Virus record (IMG/VR): IMGVR_UViG_3300027861_000016
Span: 1-64,000 of that record
Source of the DNA: a virus
Direction: 5' to 3' (one strand)
DNA: 64,000 nucleotides
Below the pieces are notes generated by a model, which was not told the DNA's origin, did no database searches, and was given only the letters and a program-made list of their open reading frames with translations. The position numbers and the translations under genes were made by a program. This document shows, in pieces, positions 40,337 to 50,027 of the stretch; within the stretch, counting starts at the first letter, position 1, and each line of letters opens with the position of its first letter.

Positions 40337-41428
40337 TTACTTTTGCATATAGTGTTCTAACGCATCGAATACAGCAGATTGCTCTTCAATGTTATTATCC
40401 ATTGTTCTTGTGGTATTAGCTGATCTAGAAGCTCCTACTGTTTTGGCTCCTTCTAACTTCTTTTTAAATACCATGTTATTAGTTCTTTCAGCTTTCTTCT
40501 CTAACTTCTTGAAATCAAAGTTCTTCATTTGCATATAAGCAAATAAGTATCTTGATTCATCATTGTCATCTAGTTGTAATTTAGTCTCACCATTCTTACC
40601 AATTGGTTTAGTGATGTATTCTAATAACTTCTTAGACTCTTTCTCATCTACTTTGATTCCTTTTATGTCTCTAAGACCTAATACTTGTTTTTCAAAGTTC
40701 TCTTTTTGAATTCTATCACTCTCAGTCTTTGCTTCTATGTCAGCTAGTCTTTGAGTTTCTTTCTGAGCTATTTCATTCTCTTGAATAGTTTTCAAAGAAG
40801 CTTTAGATGCATTGGCCATCTTATCTAATGAACCTGCTGATTTAAGAGCTTCAACTTGTTCAGCTATATCTGCATTCGATAGTCCTTGTTTTTCTAAAGC
40901 ATATTCAACAATCATTTGTTGATTACCTTCTTCTGACATATCTATACCATCATAATCTATAACAGATTGTTGGTCCTTAACAAAGTCATCTATTGAGAAT
41001 CCTTGTTCAACATGTTCTAATAATCTAACACCTTCTTCTGATAAGCTTTCTTTATATTCTGAAATAGCATCTACTTTGCTATTCTTTAAATTCTCTTCTA
41101 TAAGTGTTACTAACCCATCTTCAGAATCTTCATACTCACCTTCCTCATTGAACTTTAATAGTCCGCTATCAACAAACTTCTTTGCTGCTTCTCCCCATTG
41201 AGTTTCTGGTCCACCTTCTTCAGGTATTGGGTCTGTAACTGGTTCAGTAGGAACTTCTAATTCCTTCTCTTCTGGTTCGGGTATTACTTCAGGTTCCTTT
41301 TGAAGTGGAATATCCTCTACCGGTTTATCTTCAATAACTTTAGTTTCCTCAACCTCTGGTTGTAAGTCACTGAATGCATCAAAGAGTCTCCCCTCATCTA
41401 ACATACTTGCTTGCTCTGCTCTATCCAT
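40337..41428 (-). CDS. Capsid scaffolding-like protein
   Basis: 363 aa; acidic P/E-rich N-terminus and helical C-terminus; immediately upstream of the capsid gene. Confidence 0.7.
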   Translation of the reverse strand: MDRAEQASMLDEGRLFDAFSDLQPEVEETKVIEDKPVEDIPLQKEPEVIPEPEEKELEVPTEPVTDPIPEEGGPETQWGEAAKKFVDSGLLKFNEEGEYEDSEDGLVTLIEENLKNSKVDAISEYKESLSEEGVRLLEHVEQGFSIDDFVKDQQSVIDYDGIDMSEEGNQQMIVEYALEKQGLSNADIAEQVEALKSAGSLDKMANASKASLKTIQENEIAQKETQRLADIEAKTESDRIQKENFEKQVLGLRDIKGIKVDEKESKKLLEYITKPIGKNGETKLQLDDNDESRYLFAYMQMKNFDFKKLEKKAERTNNMVFKKKLEGAKTVGASRSANTTRTMDNNIEEQSAVFDALEHYMQK

Positions 41429-41479
41429 TCTATTATGTATTACGTAAATAAATTATTTTGTTCACTTTTTTAGTTAAAA

Positions 41480-41510
41480 ATTTCACATATTTAGTGAAAA
41501 TATGTGAAAT
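41480..41510. promoter_or_regulatory. Perfect 13-bp inverted repeat (terminator or operator)
   Basis: ATTTCACATATTT-AGTGA-AAATATGTGAAAT; TTTT follows on the minus strand. Confidence 0.55.
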
Positions 41511-41687
41511 AATGTAGGATCACCGGCTAAACCTACTTGCATACTAAAGTTTAAGTCGGTGTGTATGCTTCCCTTTAACACCTAGGCAGTTTTGTTATAT
41601 CCTATCCCGTAGATAGAAAGCGGAACTTTAGGTATTCCGATTGTAAGAACAAGTCTCTAACCATGTCCTTCACCCTTTGAGTGATGA
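41511..41687 (-). ncRNA. Candidate structured RNA between sponge-like gene and scaffold gene
   Basis: No ORF in the track; GC-richer than flanks; at least five hairpins plus loop complementarities. Confidence 0.4.
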
Positions 41688-42107
41688 CTAAAAATTCTCT
41701 ATTCTTTCTACCAATATAGTTAAATAGTATTTCATTGCTAAAAGTTGTTGAGTAAGTCTCTCTTGTTCCTTCTCATCTAGTTTCCCGAAGAAGGGATTAT
41801 CATTTATAAAAATTCCTAAGTCTTCTACCTTAACACTCAATTCCATTGATTCTTTTATAACTCTCTCTTGATGTGGTTGAAGTTTTTCACCTAAATCCGA
41901 ATGAACTTGTAATTCAATTCTCCTATAAGCTTTTTCAAATACCTCTTTTGGACTCCATGATTCGTAACCGTCTTCGTATTTTACTTTATATCCTAATGTT
42001 TCATAGTCCTCTCTTTTTATGAACTTAACACTTCCTTGTCCTTCTCGAAAGTCTCCTTGCTTCATAAATTCTGCTTCAATTAATTTTACTCCTAAATATT
42101 GCTCCAT
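41688..42107 (-). CDS. Two-domain putative anti-defence nucleotide-signal sponge (crAss001_48 / T4 Y16Q-like C-terminal domain)
   Basis: 139 aa; N-terminal 'YLGVKLIEAE...GYKVKYEDGYESWSPKEVFEKAY'; C-terminal 'HQERVIKE..EL..K...L..F....F..L...EQ.RL..QL.AM..Y..IL.ERI..F'. Confidence 0.55.
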   Translation of the reverse strand: MEQYLGVKLIEAEFMKQGDFREGQGSVKFIKREDYETLGYKVKYEDGYESWSPKEVFEKAYRRIELQVHSDLGEKLQPHQERVIKESMELSVKVEDLGIFINDNPFFGKLDEKEQERLTQQLLAMKYYLTILVERIENF

Positions 42108-42130
42108 CTTTATTTATATTTAATTATTAT

Positions 42131-44479
42131 TTACTTTTGTCCTACAACTTTATTTTTTAGAGCTGTGGCATTCTTCTCTTTCTCAATCTTCTCTTTAGAC
42201 TTGATCTCTTCTCTCTTCAAGTTTCTATCTTTCTCTTTATTCAAGTTATCAGAATTTATCTTAGACTGCTCAAGAGCAGTAGAAGCATAATCAAATACTT
42301 CTACAGTTCCGCTATCTTGAGTGTCTGTATCGAATCCAGCAGATTTCATTGCCTCTACTTGTATCTTATTCTCTCTATCTAATTGATTTTGGTCTGCTTC
42401 AAATTGTTGAGCAGCTTGTTGTAATTGTTGAGCACCTTCTCTTTCAGCTTCAGCTTGTTGTTGTTCTGCTGCTTTCTTATTAGTCTCAGCATCTTTAATA
42501 GCATGAGATATTTCAGCAATAGAATTAGATTTAACTAAATCAACTATACCTGAGAATTCAACCATTCCAGATGATAAAGCTGTCTCACCTAATCTTTCTA
42601 ACTTATTAAGTATGTCTCTATCTTTGCCAGAGTTAGTAATGAATACTCCATAATCAGAATCGGGAAACTTTTCCATATCTATATCCATAAATACTCTAGA
42701 TATATCATTCATTACATAAGTTAGTTTCTTCTTACCTTGATAAGCAAATTTAGATACTTCTAATAATGCTGTAAGAACATCTTTCTTAACTATGTTATGT
42801 TGGTAGAACCAAGGTTCGGTTATGTATGTTGAATTGGCTATTGCTGCTTGAGTTCCAGAAGCTGTTTCAGAAGCTTTAGTTTGACCTTCTCTTTGTGGAG
42901 TAATACCAATTACTTTATCTATCAATTGTTCAATCTTACTAAGTATATTAATATACTGCCCTACAGATTCCGACATAGCCATATCTATAGATTGGAATTG
43001 ATTAAAGTTTGGTTGTTGTTGATTCTTTCCTTCTTCTAATGAATTAATAACTGCTATATCCATGTTAGAAAACATGTACATCCATTTATTCATATCTATA
43101 CCTTCTGATCTAGGTATCTGTGCCATATCCATTACAAACTTCTTACCTTGAGCTTTATTCATTTCTCTTTCAAGATTGAACCAAGTAATCATGTACATAT
43201 ATTGAAATGGTTTTAACAAATCAACAACTGATGTAGGAAGAGTATTTGTAGTATTATGTACTTTACCTATGTAAGGTAATTGTACTTTTCTAGGATTATC
43301 CATTGAACGCCCTTGATATTCTAAAGCTGATATATTTAGATAAAGATCAGACTCTACTTTAGTTCCTTGCCATACTTCTGGAATCCAAGTCCAGTCTATA
43401 GTAACTCCTAATTCTTTCATCTCTTCAGTTAATTTGAAAGATTCATCAACCATCATAGACTCTTCAGGATTTTCAGGATCTAATAGAAATCCTATCTTCT
43501 TTAGTGACTTCCAAGTAACTGTAGATACAGTGTATAAATTATTATTAGTATTATCCTCATTAAACATATCTAATTTATGTTTAGGTAAAGCATAACCTAC
43601 TGGTTGATTTACATTAAATGATAATCCTATTTCCCCCTTATCTAATTTTCTAACTTCAGAATCAGACATGAACTCACCGTACTCATCTATAATCTGTCCA
43701 ACAGTCATTAGTCTATCTTCTCTAAACCAATCACCATCTTGAATAGTGTTGTTAGAAGGATTCTTATCATAATCACAATATAGAGGATTACAAACTCTTA
43801 CATTAGGTTCACCATTAACAATTCCTACATGAGCAATCTCATGAGAAGATATTAAAGCGTGTTCCCATAAATCTTGGAATACATTGTGTAAGTCTAATTC
43901 ATATTCTAAATACTTCAATAGATCATTAGCCCATACTTCTCTAATATCTTGAACTGAATAATTAATCCATTTCTTTAATTCTTTGAATGATTGAGGTTCT
44001 CCTTCTTGTTGTTCCGGAGGATTACCAAATTCACCTAAAGCTTTTGCAAATTCAGATTGAGCTACTTTCTTAACCATATCAGCTACCATCTTTTCTTTGA
44101 TAGTAACAGCATTACCATTTACAGCAATTGCTGAATAGTTGAAGGGTCTAGATAACTCTTCACCTTTTAAAAGATTAATCTTATTTATAATAAGGTTATA
44201 ATCTCTCATCTTAGAAGGTTGATTCAAATCCATAGATGAACCATCCATACCATAAGGCTGAGTTACATAGTTGAAATCTGCTGGATCATATATAGAATTG
44301 ACTAGTCCATAGTTTGCTTTCATTTTAGTCTTACCTGAACGAAAGCTCATATCAACTCCTGACATTCCTAATATACCGTCCACATTCTGTTCTTGCCATT
44401 TCTTAGTGTTCTTCACTGATTGTGAAACAGCTTGAGCAGGTCTTCCAATATTTTTATATATTTTTTTTGTAGTATCCAT
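42131..44479 (-). CDS. Portal protein
   Basis: 782 aa; 'KINLLKGEE..RPF', 'WIPEVWQG', 'SVVDLLKPFQYMY', 'GITPQREG'; lies between terminase and capsid genes. Confidence 0.9.
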   Translation of the reverse strand: MDTTKKIYKNIGRPAQAVSQSVKNTKKWQEQNVDGILGMSGVDMSFRSGKTKMKANYGLVNSIYDPADFNYVTQPYGMDGSSMDLNQPSKMRDYNLIINKINLLKGEELSRPFNYSAIAVNGNAVTIKEKMVADMVKKVAQSEFAKALGEFGNPPEQQEGEPQSFKELKKWINYSVQDIREVWANDLLKYLEYELDLHNVFQDLWEHALISSHEIAHVGIVNGEPNVRVCNPLYCDYDKNPSNNTIQDGDWFREDRLMTVGQIIDEYGEFMSDSEVRKLDKGEIGLSFNVNQPVGYALPKHKLDMFNEDNTNNNLYTVSTVTWKSLKKIGFLLDPENPEESMMVDESFKLTEEMKELGVTIDWTWIPEVWQGTKVESDLYLNISALEYQGRSMDNPRKVQLPYIGKVHNTTNTLPTSVVDLLKPFQYMYMITWFNLEREMNKAQGKKFVMDMAQIPRSEGIDMNKWMYMFSNMDIAVINSLEEGKNQQQPNFNQFQSIDMAMSESVGQYINILSKIEQLIDKVIGITPQREGQTKASETASGTQAAIANSTYITEPWFYQHNIVKKDVLTALLEVSKFAYQGKKKLTYVMNDISRVFMDIDMEKFPDSDYGVFITNSGKDRDILNKLERLGETALSSGMVEFSGIVDLVKSNSIAEISHAIKDAETNKKAAEQQQAEAEREGAQQLQQAAQQFEADQNQLDRENKIQVEAMKSAGFDTDTQDSGTVEVFDYASTALEQSKINSDNLNKEKDRNLKREEIKSKEKIEKEKNATALKNKVVGQK

Positions 44480-47295
44480 TAATATCTATAGTTTGTATTT
44501 TGAGTTGGATTATTTGTAAAATAGTTTTCTAAGTTATCGAAGAACGCATCTACTTTAGTTTCTTTAACCATGTCTACTCTTACTTTATAATTATCTAACT
44601 TATGTGTTATTACTAATAACATTGCAATGATTCTATCAAAGTTACCAGTATCATTATAATTAATAAGTTCATCTAGTAATGGTAACGAATAAATCTTATT
44701 AAGGTTTAGTTTTCCGTCTTGATCTTCTTCCATTAACCAATCTCTAAGATACATTTCCATCTCTAACTTAATATCCTTAGTCATATGAATACCATATTGT
44801 CTGTTTACTTTAGATCCTTCTGTTGCTTTTAGAATAGTAGGAGTCTTCTTTAATAGATGTAAACATCTTTTAAATTCTAAATGATATTTTAATGTGTTCC
44901 TCTCATTCTCATATAAGTCTTTTGCATTATAATACATCAAAAGCTTTCTAACATTTTCATGATGTTCATGTGCTGTATCAGGTCTAGCTGTATATTCAGC
45001 TACTAACCAATGATTAATCTGATCTAATCCTCCAAATGTTTTATAGATATACGTAGATCCTAATGAAGTTGTTGTGGATTGATCCTGATCATATGGATCT
45101 GTTCCTGCTATGTAAAGACCAAACGGAATATTCCCTTCATTATCTTTTTTAGGATGTTCCCATATTTGTACACAGCCTGTAGTATCATCAGTCTTTTGCA
45201 TATTATATTTACAAGGAACTAATTTACCTTTTAGATCTGGTTTCCATATTACTTCATTAGCTGTATCTGGTTTTATAAATAATTCACCACATTGACCTTG
45301 AACTAATCCATCAGTTTGTATAGCTGATTGAACCCATCCTCTTTGTTCCATTAACTCTGCTGTGGGAAATATATTTGAGTTACTAACATGAAATGCTTCA
45401 GTTGGTACATCAGGGTTATTCTGTATCTCAGCTTCATATTTGTATCTATCCTTTTGATTTAGTAGCTTTTCACGTTTATCTTCTGTAAACATACTAGCTC
45501 TAGATAGATCAATGACTCCATTAGAATCTCTATATTCATCAAACTTAAACTGATAAGGTATAAAGAATCCTACATTCCCATTACCTTCCCAAATATCTTC
45601 AAAACATAAAGCATCATATCTTTCAGGATGAAAGAACATATCTTTGATTCCTTCTGATACTCCTTTACCCATATCTCCACCAGTCCCTGTTGCATAGATA
45701 GTACCAAACTTATTTAGTCCATCTTTAGTAGCATCTGTAAGTGCTGAGAATGTTTCTATAATATTAGAGAAGAATCCTACTTCCTCTAATACTATTAAGT
45801 TAGGTCCAGTACCATTACCTGCTAATGGGTTATCAGCAAATGTTCTATGATGTATTTTAGATCTAGACCCTTTAGTTACCCAGCCTCCAGGAAGTTTCTG
45901 ATCAAACGCTGCTTCTAAGAATTTACCTGGCATTAGAGATCCTCTACTTTGTTTAGCAAATGGAGAAGGTCTTTCAATACCATTGAAAGTCATATTTCCT
46001 TTTAAATTCTCTAAGATTAGTTTAGTCTTATTTAGTAAATCTCCAGAGTACTTGGAATCAATAGCTCCTACTAATGTTTCAGAAGAAGGTATAGTACCTG
46101 TATTCTTAGCATTTAGAAACATATCATAGTCAGTGGCTCCATCAAATAAATAGTTATGAACTATCATAGATCCTGCACTTCCCCAAGAGTTATGTGTAAC
46201 TACATAATCATTGACTAAGAACAAAGAATCTTTATTATCCACTCTAATACATACTGAGGGTTTTATATCTAAAGGTTTAATATCATGTATTGCACACCAA
46301 GAGACTCCTAGCTCTGGAAGATACGAAGGTATATCATATTTATAATGCTTTATACTACAATCATAATCATAAAAGAATTCAGTTCTAAAATTATCTAGTT
46401 CTAACGTTACTTCCTCTTCTGTTTTTCTGTCTCTTACTGTCCATAAATGTCCACCACCACATGTTACAGTTCTACCGTCCCTCAAAGTAACTTCATATTG
46501 TAACTGATCGTCAAAATCAATTCTCTCTAAAATAGTAGTTGGTTTACCGTCACCTCCAAAGATAATATCCCCTACCTTTACATTTTTAATAACTCTCTTT
46601 GAACCATCAATATAATGTAATAAACTATCTTCATGTAGATCTTTTCCCATACGTCTAGCTTGTATATCCACTACGTTAGAGGCATTATTCTCATATAAAG
46701 GTTTACCATAATTCTTAGGATGTATCCTTCTTAAATAATCTCTAGGATGTACAAAGGTTTTAAACTTACCGTCCTTCTTATAAGCTGTTGGGGGTATAAT
46801 AGCAAGTTCTAATTTTCTTTTATATTGTTCTTTATCTTTATTACTAAGTTCTTCTAATTCTTTTACTATATGTAAGCAAGTGATAGTATCATCCCCATCG
46901 AATCCAGAGAATCCTCTAGACTCCATATAGACATAAGCTTTCTCCCATTCTATATCTCTAAGAAATGGACTACCTAATGATTTACCTTTAGAATTAGGTA
47001 GGTTCAAAAGTATCATACAGAAATTAGTATAGAAATATAAATTACCCGGCATCCATTTACCTTCAACCCAATATCCTTCTATACACTTTCTCTTCTGTTC
47101 TTTCCAGTAATTTGTGTATTTATTTGTATGTGGATTCATGTAACTAGGAAGTTCTATAATGAACTTATTCCTATCTACACCTTTACTATGTAAACCTCTT
47201 TCAGCATATTTCCAGTAGTCACAACTAGCCAGTCTTTTATGTAATTTATCAGCAGGTACTATTTCAATTCCTGATCCGCTTTCCACTTCAGCCAT
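44479..47295 (-). CDS. terL: Terminase large subunit (intein-containing)
   Basis: 938 aa; Walker A 'ARRMGK|S' split by an intein; Walker B 'IVLEEVG'; coupling motif 'GTGG'; RNase H nuclease 'GTDPYD' and 'NFDRI'. Confidence 0.92.
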   Translation of the reverse strand: MAEVESGSGIEIVPADKLHKRLASCDYWKYAERGLHSKGVDRNKFIIELPSYMNPHTNKYTNYWKEQKRKCIEGYWVEGKWMPGNLYFYTNFCMILLNLPNSKGKSLGSPFLRDIEWEKAYVYMESRGFSGFDGDDTITCLHIVKELEELSNKDKEQYKRKLELAIIPPTAYKKDGKFKTFVHPRDYLRRIHPKNYGKPLYENNASNVVDIQARRMGKDLHEDSLLHYIDGSKRVIKNVKVGDIIFGGDGKPTTILERIDFDDQLQYEVTLRDGRTVTCGGGHLWTVRDRKTEEEVTLELDNFRTEFFYDYDCSIKHYKYDIPSYLPELGVSWCAIHDIKPLDIKPSVCIRVDNKDSLFLVNDYVVTHNSWGSAGSMIVHNYLFDGATDYDMFLNAKNTGTIPSSETLVGAIDSKYSGDLLNKTKLILENLKGNMTFNGIERPSPFAKQSRGSLMPGKFLEAAFDQKLPGGWVTKGSRSKIHHRTFADNPLAGNGTGPNLIVLEEVGFFSNIIETFSALTDATKDGLNKFGTIYATGTGGDMGKGVSEGIKDMFFHPERYDALCFEDIWEGNGNVGFFIPYQFKFDEYRDSNGVIDLSRASMFTEDKREKLLNQKDRYKYEAEIQNNPDVPTEAFHVSNSNIFPTAELMEQRGWVQSAIQTDGLVQGQCGELFIKPDTANEVIWKPDLKGKLVPCKYNMQKTDDTTGCVQIWEHPKKDNEGNIPFGLYIAGTDPYDQDQSTTTSLGSTYIYKTFGGLDQINHWLVAEYTARPDTAHEHHENVRKLLMYYNAKDLYENERNTLKYHLEFKRCLHLLKKTPTILKATEGSKVNRQYGIHMTKDIKLEMEMYLRDWLMEEDQDGKLNLNKIYSLPLLDELINYNDTGNFDRIIAMLLVITHKLDNYKVRVDMVKETKVDAFFDNLENYFTNNPTQNTNYRY
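46189..46641 (-). mobile_element. Class-3 mini-intein (151 aa) in the terminase Walker A motif
   Basis: Starts DLHEDSLL, ends VVTHN followed by Ser; W-C-T signature (GHLW, VCIRVD, VTHN); no LAGLIDADG motifs. Confidence 0.85.
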
Positions 47296-47573
47296 CTTTC
47301 TCTATTTCTTTTTTGAATGTATAAGTATCCTCTATATCTATTTTGACTAAACTTCATTTTAAAGAAGCTACCAAAGAACATTTCCATATCATCAGTATCT
47401 CTGGTTATTCCTTTACTAATTAACTTAATCCAGTTAAAAGGAGAATTGAGGAATACGTATAGTTCTTTTTTAGAATACTTTGGATATTTCTCATGTAGTC
47501 TAGCTGCATAATGATTTAATGTGTCCTTAGAGGATAAGTGTAGTGACTTCTCTTTAGATTGCTCCATCATCAC
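47259..47573 (-). CDS. IHF/HU-like protein
   Basis: 104 aa, basic; 'FLNSPF.WIK...FFGSFFKMK'; conserved position upstream of terL. Confidence 0.5.
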   Translation of the reverse strand: MMMEQSKEKSLHLSSKDTLNHYAARLHEKYPKYSKKELYVFLNSPFNWIKLISKGITRDTDDMEMFFGSFFKMKFSQNRYRGYLYIQKRNRERWLKWKADQELK

Positions 47574-48105
47574 TTAGTGAGGTTTCTATACCTCCTTTAT
47601 TAGTTCCTTTGTCTTTTTCAGCCATTACTTTCTTTCTAGCATCTTCTAATTCATTTGCTATCTTAGAAGTAGCAGGTAATAGCTTTTCTAGTATATCACA
47701 ATGCTCTTTGTAGTTTAGTCCATTAATATATTCTGCTCTTTCTATAAACTTGTTCTCATGATTTACCAATGCCTTCTCTAACTTAGAAGTAGTAAGGTCA
47801 GTATATGCTTTCATTAAGTTATTTAGCTTAGTCCTATACTTTACATGCCAATCCTTTTTAGTAGTAGAGATACTACCAATCATGTCATCAAAGATTTCAT
47901 TGATCCTATCTTCTAAAGGACTTTGTGCAAATTCAGAATCACTATCACATATTTTAGTAATAGACCACATAACAGTAGAAGTAAATATCTTCTTAGAAGT
48001 TTTATCTGTAAAATGAAATTCCTTAAAAGGACCAGTCACCTTGAATATAGGATACTCTTCCCAAAAGGAATGTTTTACATCTATAAAGTTTTTATTGAAT
48101 CCCAT
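47554..48105 (-). CDS. Conserved hypothetical protein (possible terminase small subunit)
   Basis: 183 aa helical protein two genes upstream of terL. Confidence 0.45.
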   Translation of the reverse strand: MGFNKNFIDVKHSFWEEYPIFKVTGPFKEFHFTDKTSKKIFTSTVMWSITKICDSDSEFAQSPLEDRINEIFDDMIGSISTTKKDWHVKYRTKLNNLMKAYTDLTTSKLEKALVNHENKFIERAEYINGLNYKEHCDILEKLLPATSKIANELEDARKKVMAEKDKGTNKGGIETSLSDDGAI

Positions 48106-48335
48106 TTGTCTAATTTACATTTATTCTCTATTCTAATAATCTTAGCTGGAAGATAACATCCACAAGCTCCACATATATTTAAAGTCTTCTCTTTACAGTT
48201 GGTACAAGCTTCGACACGTTTAACAACTATGTCCTTTTCCTTATCTGTTAGTTCTATCATATTTAGATTAAGTCTAATTAACTTAGCCCAACTATCATAG
48301 ACTGTTTTCCAACTAAACTTATAGTTCTTTCCCAT
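48081..48335 (-). CDS. Cys-rich metal-binding protein (DUF6171-like)
   Basis: R..AC..C...CGACGCYL.AK.......C...KW. Confidence 0.6.
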   Translation of the reverse strand: MGKNYKFSWKTVYDSWAKLIRLNLNMIELTDKEKDIVVKRVEACTNCKEKTLNICGACGCYLPAKIIRIENKCKLDKWDSIKTL

Positions 48336-48657
48336 TATAAAATACTGTTTTATCTGTGAATTCTAATAATTCTTCTTTCCAACCATTGGGAAGGAATGAT
48401 TTAATATAATCTTTCAGAATCATAGAATGACCTATATGAGATCTAACAAACTTATTAAGTCTTTTAATCTTAGCTACACCTTCTGGAGAATCATCAGTAG
48501 GATCAACTTGTTTTACATTCTTTAGTTTACGCATATGAAGTCTATACTGTTTAGCATAGAATTTCTTCTTAGCTTTCTGCTCTTGACTACTATTGATTGT
48601 TTTAAATTCAACAACCTTTTCCTTCATTCCAGAATCATCTATTTCATTCTTGCTCAT
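48319..48657 (-). CDS. Hypothetical protein
   Basis: 112 aa ORF overlapping neighbours in a tight operon. Confidence 0.6.
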   Translation of the reverse strand: MSKNEIDDSGMKEKVVEFKTINSSQEQKAKKKFYAKQYRLHMRKLKNVKQVDPTDDSPEGVAKIKRLNKFVRSHIGHSMILKDYIKSFLPNGWKEELLEFTDKTVFYNGKEL

Positions 48658-49024
48658 CTTCTATCTGTTTAAATTTAAAACCTATCGAACTTTGTGGTAC
48701 TAATAATTGATTAATTAGTAAATTATCTTTTACTTTAAACAATGCTTTCTTCTCTAATAATGCATTCTTAATATTATGGTATTGATTGATGCTTAATCCC
48801 GTCTCTTCACAAAGTTTAATTATTTCACTCTTACTAAATACCTCTTTATTTAAAAAGAATACATTATGTTTAGGATATTGTTTTTTAAATTCTAAGAGAG
48901 ATATTATTAAGTACAACATAATACGTATCTCAGTATCTGTTAATTTAAGTTCTCCTTGATATAATGATAAATACTTTGAGTAGAAATCATCGGTATCTTT
49001 ATATGGTATTTCTAGTATTCTCAT
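48644..49024 (-). CDS. Winged-HTH protein (RepL-like)
   Basis: 'LTDTEIRIM...LCEETGLSINQYHNIKNALLEKKAL...INQLL' HTH-wing pattern. Confidence 0.55.
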   Translation of the reverse strand: MRILEIPYKDTDDFYSKYLSLYQGELKLTDTEIRIMLYLIISLLEFKKQYPKHNVFFLNKEVFSKSEIIKLCEETGLSINQYHNIKNALLEKKALFKVKDNLLINQLLVPQSSIGFKFKQIEDEQE

Positions 49025-49284
49025 ATTTGTATAAATTGATCATTATATATTGTTGCTCCTCCTATATTAAGTAAAAGTGTTGCTCTGTTCAGTTTACTTA
49101 ATGAGGTTCCTAAAGTCTGTCTAGAAATATCTAGTTCTTTTTGTAGAACTAAACGTACTTGAGAATTAATAACAACAAAACCCGATTCCTCCATATAAGG
49201 AACCAGGCTAAATAACACTTTAATATCAGAGAGAGTTAACTCTCTGAATATTTCATTTGCTCTATCTTTAGTTATCTTTATCAT
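49021..49284 (-). CDS. Winged-HTH protein (RepL-like), paralogue of the neighbour
   Basis: 'LTLSDIKVL...LQKELDISRQTLGTSLSKL...IYN' pattern. Confidence 0.6.
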   Translation of the reverse strand: MIKITKDRANEIFRELTLSDIKVLFSLVPYMEESGFVVINSQVRLVLQKELDISRQTLGTSLSKLNRATLLLNIGGATIYNDQFIQI

Positions 49285-49601
49285 TATTTATCAAAATGTC
49301 CAGCATATGATGTAATAGGTAATTCCCATTTCTCACCTTCTTCAAAATTGAAAGATTTCATACCCATAATATTTTTTAATAGAATATACTGCCCTTTATT
49401 AATTGTTAACTTACCATCACTCGATACAAAATCTTTAGCTACCAATAAAGGCTTGCCATCATCTACCCAGTCCATCTTTTCTTTTTGTACTACAGTATCA
49501 GGTTTAATAGTCTCACTTTTACCTACAGTCATTTTTACAATAGGGACATCTAACATAATGTTGTTAGGAGCAGGTACATACTTACTTAATGGTAACGTCA
49601 T
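49284..49601 (-). CDS. GroES-like co-chaperonin
   Basis: 'YVPAPNNIML...IKPDT...INKGQYILL' resembles the GroES fold with a mobile loop. Confidence 0.45.
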   Translation of the reverse strand: MTLPLSKYVPAPNNIMLDVPIVKMTVGKSETIKPDTVVQKEKMDWVDDGKPLLVAKDFVSSDGKLTINKGQYILLKNIMGMKSFNFEEGEKWELPITSYAGHFDK

Positions 49602-49773
49602 CTTTCTTTACTTTAACTTTTTTAACTTTCTTTTCTTCAACTACAGCTTCTAAAACGAATTCATCTTTATCAGCTACTACTTTAAATGGAACTACTTTAC
49701 CATTTACTTTTAATACTACATCCTTATCTCCTGGATAAGAGTTTAGTGTTTTTACTAGATTACTCTTTTTCAT
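49582..49773 (-). CDS. Hypothetical protein
   Basis: 63 aa; 'MKKSNLVKTLNSYPGDKDV' phage-type N-terminus. Confidence 0.55.
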   Translation of the reverse strand: MKKSNLVKTLNSYPGDKDVVLKVNGKVVPFKVVADKDEFVLEAVVEEKKVKKVKVKKDDVTIK

Positions 49774-49832
49774 ATAATGTTAAATCAATTTAACTTGTTG
49801 TTAATTCTATTACTCATAATGTTAAATAAAGG

Positions 49833-50027
49833 TTACACAAATCCTACTTTCTTTTTCTCAGGCTCATCTATGTCTATACATTTATTATCTACATTAGTCT
49901 CTGCATCATATACTTTAATTCCTAAGAAGTATATTCTCTTTCTAAAATTTCCTGTAGGCATTGCATATACACCTATATCAGGATTCTCTTTATACGTTTG
50001 ATTCTCTTCGTACTTAATCTTTATCAT
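49833..50027 (-). CDS. Hypothetical protein
   Basis: 64 aa; coupled to the upstream gene; ends KKVGFV. Confidence 0.55.
   Translation of the reverse strand: MIKIKYEENQTYKENPDIGVYAMPTGNFRKRIYFLGIKVYDAETNVDNKCIDIDEPEKKKVGFV

Noticed and set aside
439-49653. Many plus-strand ORFs of 60-180 aa in the ORF track
   Set aside because: Antisense shadows of long minus-strand genes, with S/L/F-rich composition and no motifs
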